Shown here in pieces: positions 26,933 through 64,000 of a DNA stretch of 64,000 nt (the stretch's first letter is position 1; each line of letters begins with the position of its first letter). The position numbers and the translations under genes are program-made. The notes under the pieces are model-generated. The model saw only the letters and a program-made list of their open reading frames with translations, was not told the origin of the DNA and searched no databases. The stretch comes from Paragordius varius (lineage: Eukaryota > Animalia > Nematomorpha), in contig OZ176054.1 of NCBI GenBank assembly GCA_964247055.1, positions 8,928,001 through 8,992,000 of the forward strand, in the 5' to 3' direction.

Positions 26933-27854
26933 TTAACGATAAGAAAGGAATGGGAAATAGAAAAGAAAATAGAATACAGAAACAATGTGTGACAAAATTT
27001 TGAAATCATTTAATGTAGTGAAATTTTTCTACATTTCAAATTGGGTAAAAAATAAAAATTACCAAATATAAATCTAAAGAAAATACATTAATTTTAAAAT
27101 AAGCGAAAATTCGTTTATCTGTATTTTAAATATCAATAAAAAAATATTTTAAGTATCAATATGGTCATAGGGCAATTTTAAATCACTCTTTTATATCTCC
27201 GAACGATTATTAAGCTTAATTTAAGCATATATTTTCTTTAGCGTCTTAAGCGCATAATACATTTTTTTAAAAAAAATTAAAATCGAAATAATCCTTATCT
27301 TACACTTGTCGTCAGGTTTTTTCTGTTATTTTTTTGAAATGCTGATGCAACAGGCAAATTAATATATATTGGGTAATAAATAATTAACTTTAAAACGCTT
27401 TCAGGCTACATTTTACCAGCAAAAACTTGAAACATATTGATTTTTATAATAGGTGTTAGTTTCTATTTTCTTTTGGAGCTTTTCCTATAAGACTCTGGAA
27501 ATCAAACTTTAAAAAATTTAAGCTTTCTTATCTACAAGACAATAATAAATTTTAAATATAATAACCTATAGGCAGTAGTTTATTAAAGTGTGAGCTCTGG
27601 GGTACATTATCTAATATGTCATCGCGATATGAAAAGCTTAGTGACAATAGCACGGGGTACACCCCTTTGTACAATTGGTGAACCAATTGTCAGAGTACAG
27701 TGAGCTATATAAGTATTTGGAAAAAACCTATTAAAACTTTTATAAAATTTTATGATTGCAAATGTTTGTATATATATAATAAAATATTATTATGATAATT
27801 TTTTTACTGTAAGTCGAACGCTAAAATCTACCATATGTTTTAACGAACGTAAAA

Positions 27855-28170
27855 ATGAATTCAACATCAGAAATTGAACGTCAAAATTTATTAAATACAG
27901 AACGATTAGGAAACAAAGTGTCTAATCTTAAAAAGGTATATCAATAACAATTATAAGATAGCTATTGACATTGAACACGAAGTGAAACCTCATTTACAAC
28001 TTATTGAAGGGTTACATTTTTCAATGGACAATACGATCGGATTCATGCAAAATACCAAAAAATATATCACCAAAATAATATATCAGAAAAAAATACAATG
28101 CAAAACAATTTTTATATTTTCTGCAGCCATATTTATATTATTTATCATAATAAAATTATTATTTTATTAA
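27855..28170 (+). CDS. BET1: BET1/BET1L-like Qc-SNARE, 97 aa
   Basis: Exons 27855-27935 and 27958-28170 with a 22-nt intron; SNARE heptad LGNKVSNLKKIAIDIEHEVK...MDNTIGFM and C-terminal TM. BET1 versus BET1L is not certain. Confidence 0.8.
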
Positions 28171-28814
28171 ATTAATGATATTTGATTGTTTTCCAAGATA
28201 TTAGATATGTCTGAAAATTTTTTTATGTATCGATGTTTATTTTCTATCAATTCATTTTTTCCATTGATATTAAGGTATATATCTTCGTTTGCTTTAAAGA
28301 AAATATATTTGTCATTAAAAATAGTAAAGTCGTCCGAGACAAAACTTCGTAAGTTAGGGGGCATTATTCTACAAATGTATGATAAAATTTCTGAAATTTT
28401 TTTATAATAACTACACATAGAAATAAACATACTTGATGGCGTAATCCAACTCAGCCTGTGATAATTTTGACTTAAACGTATCTATATTTTTATATATATT
28501 AAAGCAATATTTTTCGATCTTGTAATAAATAGAAAAATACTTTATTTATTCTGCATTTTATAATCTTGCTCAAAATATATTTAATCCGTTCAATCTAAAA
28601 TTAAATTTTCAGTACTTCGTATGTTTTAAGCGTTTTTATAACTTCATCTCTCATTAGAGCAGAAGCTTTTTCCGAATTTATAATATAATCTCTCATAAGT
28701 AATATCGTTTTGTTAAAACCTAAGATTTCCTCCGCTAAAATTTCGTTAAAGTAACACTATAATAAAATCACAAATTACCTCCAAAAATTTTTGAAACAGC
28801 TCAGATTGTTTCAT
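28167..28814 (-). CDS. GINS4: GINS complex subunit 4 (SLD5), about 186 aa
   Basis: Exons 28814-28779, 28756-28616, 28594-28541, 28518-28433, 28410-28167; introns 22, 21, 22, 22 nt. Motifs YFNEILAEEIL, EIERIKYILSKIIKCRINKIEKY, LSQAELDY, RIMPPNLR, YIFFK and terminal ISLI correspond to SLD5. An upstream in-frame start is possible. Confidence 0.88.
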
Positions 28815-29564
28815 TAATCGCGTAAGAACATATGTGTTAACTAAGATCTGCTTGAAAATGTGATAAAAAACTCTGATTTCAGCACGCACGACAAATAAAT
28901 AAAATTGAAGATTCATATGGGTTATATCGGATAACAATCCCAGGTTTGTTGTTTTGTGTTATGTTATTACAAAAATATAATATTTTTTTGGCGATGATTT
29001 ATAATAACACTAAATATCACAACATTAAGAAATAAAATGTCCAATCATAAATGTTTTTATTTACAATTATTTAACTAAACATATATATTTTGTCTTAAAA
29101 TTTTGTTATAATTGTATTTAAATTCAATTAAAAATAAAACAAGTTGGAGTTATCGGTATCTGTTATTCTATAAGGATGAAATAATATGAATTTGGTAGTA
29201 ATAGGCGAATGCTAATTTAATCGTTTTTAAGACTTATATTTTCCCCTATACCCACCTGGAACATGTTAACGCGCCAATAAAGTTGTACAAATTGTTAAAC
29301 CCAAACACTTAAATTTTTTTTCTTTACTATAATGATAAGAATTCGCCAGTTTTTTTTCTAGGTTATTCTTTTATTTATATTAAGATTGAGATGTACTAGA
29401 ACAAAAGCAACCCATCAATTTATGTCAAGCTTGGTTGAAATATGCCCTTTTATATATAAATTAAGTTAATAATCTTTTTCTATTTAAAAGGATGGTCGAT
29501 TATGATTTAAACAAGATATGATACCCATACGCCTGTTTTTAAACCTACCTAACAATTGATTTAA

Positions 29565-52638
<23,074 letters not shown>

Positions 52639-52776
52639 CATAATAATAATAATAATCAACCATTACATTATTTAGTTTAAATTATCTCAGAATGCATATT
52701 ATTCCCCTCTCTCTATTTATCTATTTAATATATGGATGATATGATGTTGAAATAAATTGAATTATTTAACTTTCAG

Positions 52777-52809
<33 letters not shown>

Positions 52810-52910
52810 ACGCGTAAGGGTCCATAAAAATAAATTAGAATACCATATAAGCATACATACGTTAAAATGTAAAATAGAATTTCAACACCCTGATTAATTA
52901 TTAGGAGGCG

Positions 52911-52965
52911 ATGCCGAATTGTTGTGTAACCATTTCATCCTCATCAAACAAAAATTCTAAAAAAG
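52911..52965 (+). CDS. PKA catalytic subunit, candidate first exon 1a (MPNCCVTISSSSNKNSKK)
   Basis: ATG plus 18 codons and 1 nt, donor G|gtatga; phase 1 joins exon 58632 to give V-KEFL as in vertebrate PKA-C. Confidence 0.65.
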
Positions 52966-53642
52966 GTATGATTGAGTATTAAAAATATTTTTTACCATGT
53001 ATTTTGAATGTTTTTGCAAAGACCATTTTAGATATTTTTTTCACCAATCCCTGATTTAGAAAGGCAAAACATAATAAATAATTATTATTTGTCTATTTTG
53101 TTATATTTTTTATTTTGAAAGCAATCAATTAAACTACACATATGTCCTTCCGATTTTTTTTTCCTATTTTCGCCCCTTATTAATATTTTGTACGCATAAA
53201 TAAAAAGATTGGTTGATGATAACCTGTGTTAGTGAAAATTCTAAAATTTTGTTTAATAATATCACTTTTGTCGATAAATGGTATATTGATTATCATTATC
53301 TGTCCGAATAAAATTTTTTTTATTGTGCACAAAAATGCTTATTTGCGACACTAGCGGTTTAAATTAAAAGGACACATAACCAATTTTTAATATACCACTG
53401 CTTTCACTCTTTGTGATGCTCATCTTTGCCAAAAAGGAAAAGTTTTTTCTTTATGTTGAGTGTGCATCCTTTAAACGTTTACTTTAAGTTATATTAATTT
53501 TCGGTACCATGTGTTCACATATCATCCAAAAATGGCATAATTTATTCTTATTTTATTTTGAAAATGATATATGTCCTTATTTGTAACATAATGAAAGATG
53601 AATTTGGCTTTTTGAATCTGCAAATTACTATTTTTATATGCG

Positions 53643-53838
53643 ATGGGAAATACTCTTTGTGAAAACCCCAGTTTTAAACGGCCCAGTTTAAACCCGTTTA
53701 ACTTTAATAAAATACCCTCAGTCAAACAGCGGCTTCACAAAAAGACTCTTATTAGATCTGCAGTTGAATTAAACATTGTTATTAATTATTTGAATGAAAC
53801 ATCATGCAATCATTCTATACAAGACGCAAGATTTCAAG
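53643..53838 (+). CDS. PKA catalytic subunit, candidate first exon 1b (MGNTLC..., 65 aa)
   Basis: Starts MGN like canonical PKA-C; phase-1 donor CAAG|gttttt (a donor type used elsewhere in the window); joins exon 58632 in frame. Confidence 0.6.
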
Positions 53839-53927
53839 GTTTTTTCATAATTTATGTTTTTGTATATCTTTAAATATGGATTAATGGTTTTAAGTTACTT
53901 TCATACCATAAAATGAATATTTATGTA

Positions 53928-55272
53928 TACCATTTCCCAGTCTAAATAAACGCTTTCCCAGTCAATCGAAACATTTTCCCAATCAATCGAAACGTTTTCC
54001 CAGTCAATCGAAACGTTTTCCCAGTCAATCGAAACGTTTTTCCAGTCAATCGAAACGTTTTCCCAGTCAATCGAAACATTTTCCCAGTCAATAAAAGCAT
54101 TTTCCCAATCAATAAACGTTTTCCTAGTCAATAAAAACGGTTTTATTTTTTGATGGTAATTATCAAAAGGAATATAAAAACAACTTTTAACCATTATTAG
54201 CGTAATATATGGAGATAATTTTTAATTTAAAACACAATTATTGAATGACAATTTTTCCAAGTATATTCTAGTGCACAATCATTAATGACTTATTCTTTAA
54301 ATGTTATATTTTTGGAATTTGAATTAAGATAATATTTATTTTATCGATGGCTGGCACTAATATTTGTGGCTAACTGAAAAATTCTATAGTTACGGAGGAA
54401 TTAAATATACCATTTTTATCACAAAGGTCATTCACTTTATATTGGATCTTAAACATATATTTTACCCTAATTTTATAATATTTAACATTTGGTTGGGGGC
54501 CTAAAGCGCCGAGTATCTTTGTGCGGCCCGCAAAATTTGGAAATCCTTATAAAAAATACACAAAATCTTAGTAATATTCATATTTCTTACGCAATTATAA
54601 ATGAGTCTATTATTTTGTTAACGAATTAAAAAAATTGTTACATTGTGTTTGTATTCAGTCTTATTAATCGCAAAATTATGTGAATGTCCGATTTCGAATG
54701 CGGAACGGTGTGCTTTTTTGAGTTAAAAATGCGGCCCGTGAAGGCATTTAGTTTGACACCCTTGTTTTAGTCAAATTTATTTAATATTTTTAAATCAAAA
54801 ACATTTTTATCAAAAAAAGTTTTTTCGTGTAGATATTTTTTCCACCAGTGTTTTTGACAAACTTGACATATTTAAAAACTGTTGTGAAGCGTTCCGCAAA
54901 TATTAATGCGATCCATCGATAAAATAAAAAATATTATCTTATCTCATATTCCATAAATATAATTTTTAAAGAATAAGTCATTCATGAGTGTGCACTGGAA
55001 TATACTTGGAAATTGTCATTCAATAATTGTGTTTTTACAAAAAATAATATCCTAATATTACGCTGATAATGGTTTAAAGTTATTTTTATGTCTTGTAATG
55101 ATATTTATCATCAAAAACAAAACCGTTTTTATTGACTGGGAAAGTTTTTATTGACTGGGAAAACGTTTCGATTGACTGGGAAAATGTTTCGATTGACTGG
55201 GAAAACGTTTCGATTGATTGGGAAAATGTTTCGATTGACTGGGAAAACGTTTATTTAGACTGGGAAATGGTA
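53928..55272. mobile_element. Foldback-like element with TACCATTT ends and inverted 21-bp tandem arrays
   Basis: TA|taccatttcccag ... ctgggaaatggta|TA; about 10 units of tttcccagtcaatcgaaacgt on the left (53932-54135) and 7 inverted units on the right (55118-55268). Confidence 0.8.
54490..54764. mobile_element. hAT MITE remnant nested in the 21-mer element
   Basis: gcggcccg subterminal motifs and right end tttgacacccttg; left end degenerate. Confidence 0.55.
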
Positions 55273-56019
55273 TATATTTTTCTCAGCGGTTTATCATAGA
55301 GATTTAAATATTAACTTGGTATAGGTAAATATATATTAGTGCATAAATGTTCGTGTATGGATTTTTTCCTACACTTTTATTTTTTTCGCCAAAACTCCAA
55401 ATAATTGCATGATCAACTTGCTCAAATTAATTTTTTTCTTTATTATGTAAATATTTGTATGATGTATTATATCCGTGTTTATACAACTAGAAAAAGTCAT
55501 TGAAATTTTAATTTCATTTTATATTTAGCAATACCAGAAGTACTATGGTTTTGCTCTTAGAGATTCTGAGTGCAATAAATTTAATATAACTTAAGCATTC
55601 TGTTAAATTTGTTTCATTATATTCAAATTTTGATATTACGGTTGAGTTTAACTCATTATGATTACGATGGAAGTCAAAAAAACCGTTTATTGTGTACAAC
55701 ATATAAAAACAGACCCTCTTTTGTGCGGTTGATGGGACGCACAAAAATAATTTACCACAAAGTTTATTTTTTAAATTCAGTTTTATTTTCAAATACTATT
55801 AGTTGCAAAATTTCAAATCAGTTGAAGTGTCATTTTAAGCCAAAATTGAATCCGTTTAAAACTAGGTTCTTATTTTTAATCATGTCGAATTTTGTACCAG
55901 AAAAAGAACATTTGCGACACGCTTCACTTTTCTCATTTCATAGGAAAAATAACTTAAAAGCCATTGTTGGTTTCAAAAATTTAAAATTGTGATTTGAATA
56001 TGAAAGAAAGAGGGTGCTA

Positions 56020-56470
56020 TGGTAAACTACGCAGCTACGAAGATATAGTCCAATCAACGGGAACTGGAAGAAACATTCCATGTATATCACAAAAAACAAT
56101 CAGTTTACATTTAAGAGCAATAGAAAGTCAAATAAAGTCGGGAAATGAATCTCACACAATATGAATGAACAATTAATCACAAAATCTCACCTGGGAAATT
56201 TTATTTCAGCGCCACAAACGGAAATCTTTGCATAGAATTGCGACGAGTGATGACAAGTGGCTTTATTATTTTTTCAAAACGTAAAATAATATGCTAGCCA
56301 AGCCGGTCAATCAACACCAATGCCAAATAACTATAGACCATTCTGCGTCTGGAAAAGCCAGAGCGGTATTTTGTATTAAAATTGAAGCCCGGTTAAACCG
56401 TTAATGCATAATGCTATCGCCATTAATTAAATATAAGCCATGAATTGGCCGAAAAAATTGGAAAGAACCA
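56020..56470 (+). mobile_element. Decayed mariner transposase
   Basis: QRELEE/TISLHLRAI HTH-like segment, LHRIATSDDKWLYY (first catalytic D box), CVW..SGIL, LKPG.TVNA; frameshifts and stops. Confidence 0.7.
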
Positions 56471-57834
56471 GAAGACGAACTCAAAATTTAACATTACAAA
56501 ATATCCATCAAATTTAACTAGGTTAGTAGTTAGTGTATTTTCATTTATTTACCAAAGATGCCCTCCCCTTCATTTTTTACTTTTTTAAAGAATATGATAT
56601 GGTGATACCATATTGCTCTTGTTTTTATATTCTTTACCAAATATTAATACCCAATTAACGAAAAAAAGTAAATCTTTAACAATATAAAGTCTACATGACT
56701 GCTTGAAAAATGGATATTTCACATGAAACAAGAAATTATGGATCGGTTTTAAATTCAACAAATAAAAAAGTAAATATACCTTAATTTGTGACGCTATATA
56801 AAAATATACTGTAAGTTAATTAATTATTTCCATATACATCAAATCTATCCTATGTGATGGGCGAGTGACCCAAGTTTACTTCAATGATTTGATATAACCA
56901 ATGAAAATATTTAATGTTGCGACATAAAATTAATATCCCTAAATTTAAAGTAATTTGACAGATTTAAAAATATGATTACTGATCATTAAGTTGATCATTT
57001 ATTATTCTAAAATCATTGCAGCACATACCAATTCTTTTCTAGTTATCATTTTTTATCGATAAGGAATGATTTGCTCATAGCTTTTGTGAACTACCTTAAA
57101 TTTTAATCTTAACCAGAAAATGGCAATAATTCATAGTGCATAAAACACAATAATACTTAAAATCAAATGTTAACCTCTGCTAATATATTACATTATCACC
57201 TAAATATAAAGGTGTAAAGTCGCACCGGATACGATTTTATGTATTATGCTTTTAGTGTTAAATTTATTTAATATTAGTTTTGTTAGATGTCACTCACTGA
57301 ACATCTCCATATTTAAGCTAGATTTGAAATTTTATTGTAACATGCAGTCTAGAAATATCTTTATTAAATAAATATCCACGTGCCAATTTTTGATATACGA
57401 CTTTTTTCTTACTAGTGAGTCATAACACATGACTTTTTATATATTACCAGAATATAAATAGTTTGCGTACAAATTTTCGAATAACCACGAGACTTATTGT
57501 AGATATTGCTTTAAAAGCTTCAAATTTTATTTTAATTTTAATTTTCACCGTCTCGTATTGTCATGTCATTATTATGTAAAATATATTAAAACTTATTCAT
57601 CGTTTGATCCCAAAAAATCATTAATCTCTATTCAAACTCAAAGAAGGTCAATTTTTTAATATCCTAATATGCAGCTGTTAACTGGTCAACAATGTAATCT
57701 TGGACAAAAAATCAATACAAAATCAAGTGAAAGAAAATAATATAGTTGTGCCAAGGAATAACTGATTATAAAGGAAGAACAAATTGATCTATTCAAATTT
57801 GTAGTTATTTCAACGGATTAATATACAAAAAACA

Positions 57835-58546
57835 ATGATGATGATTTTTATGAAAGGAATGGAATATATAAGTAAAAAATGTAACTGTGATCAAAAGTGC
57901 CAATATTGTGTCTCCATTTATCGAGTGAAATCGTTCTTTTGGTCTGCGAATTTTGCAAAATCTCTATATAAAACAAATTGTTACGATTGTTTTCATTCTT
58001 CTTGCTTTTACATTTCTAATTTCATATGCCACGTTTGTATCGATTTCGTATGTAAGAAAGTTTGTATAGTATTGGACTTTGTGAAGCACTCTTGTCAATA
58101 TATGTATCAGTATATATTGACTTCCATTTTCAAATCGTCGTCAACAAGCCTTAACAGAGACTATAAAAATAATAGCAACAAAGATTTGAACAATACCGAT
58201 TATAGTAACAATTTATTTTCGCGGTTAAATATTTATTCATTATCGCCCAAAAATGTTTTATATAACAACAATGACCGTACTCCAGCACATCATAAGGATT
58301 CATCAGATTTAACGGATAGTATTTGGCTTAACTCATTGTATCAACAAAACAAAGTGGATAACTCATCATCGCACATCATAGCTAAAAGGTCCATCCGTCG
58401 ACAAAAAACTCTACCGACTAAAGATCATAAAAATCGTGAAGATAATTTGGATTTTTTGAATGGTTTTAATAATTTGCCGGAAAAGTGTGATAAAAAATAT
58501 TTGGAATATAATAATAAAAATAATGAGATTGGGATGCATCGAAAAA
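57835..58546 (+). CDS. PKA catalytic subunit, long Cys-rich/Asn-rich exon 1c (about 237 aa)
   Basis: 278-codon ORF with consensus phase-1 donor A|gtaagt at 58547; an 85-nt intron joins exon 58632 in frame (I-KEFL). Confidence 0.75.
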
Positions 58547-58631
58547 GTAAGTCAAACAACACAGCAGGGTCCAATTTATTACATTTTTTTCTATTCTATC
58601 GATTAAACTATAAATCGATAATTATATTTAG

Positions 58632-64000
<5,369 letters not shown>

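Larger units (their letters stand above)
24030..27190 (-). mobile_element. Second, more decayed copy of the 19383-21387 hAT element, split by two later insertions
   Basis: Reverse-complement matches to copy 1 at ~24030-24170 (catalytic region), 24270-24338, 25035-25780 (transposase start, ggatgacatcta) and 26945-27190 (5' subterminal). Confidence 0.75.

Noticed and set aside
28987-28994. E2F-like site TTTGGCGA in the GINS4 promoter
   Set aside because: A single imperfect 8-mer with no supporting evidence.
53901-54194. ORF with (DWENVSI)n repeats; possible CRISPR-like array
   Set aside because: Direct 21-bp tandem units with no unique spacers; the ORF is a by-product of a 3n repeat inside a transposon terminus; eukaryotic context with no cas genes.
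57835-58100. Cys-rich ORF as the missing WDFY3 FYVE exon
   Set aside because: Lacks the WxxD, R(R/K)HHCR and RVC motifs, lies beyond two PKA-type first exons, and splices in frame to the kinase.

Overview
AT-rich eukaryotic, most likely animal, genomic DNA read in the standard code (TAA, TAG and TGA all end genes). I assembled seven spliced genes by hand: UFD1 (-, 5' part only), DDOST/OST48 (+, 10 exons), an ING1/2-like PHD gene (+, about 636 aa), BET1-like SNARE (+), GINS4/SLD5 (-), WDFY3/ALFY (+, 24 exons, about 3,647 aa) and a PKA catalytic subunit (+, runs off the right edge). There is also an orphan N-glycosylation-rich exon on the minus strand. Long introns and intergenic DNA hold many transposon relics: hAT/Buster, TTAA-flanked piggyBac-like, TA-flanked TACCATTT MITEs, Helitron, mariner and RTE-like LINEs. 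The main observation is 14 GT-AG micro-introns of 21-28 nt (mode 22), all within about 560 nt of a start codon, whereas roughly 40 downstream introns are all 47 nt or longer. Other highlights: BET1 and GINS4 stop codons overlap in one TTAA; WDFY3 has a 6,882-nt exon and no FYVE domain; PKA has three candidate alternative first exons. The organism cannot be identified here. Micro-introns, low GC and divergent proteins would fit a parasitic animal lineage such as myxozoans or mesozoans (inference only). Gene identities come from recalled protein motifs, not database searches.
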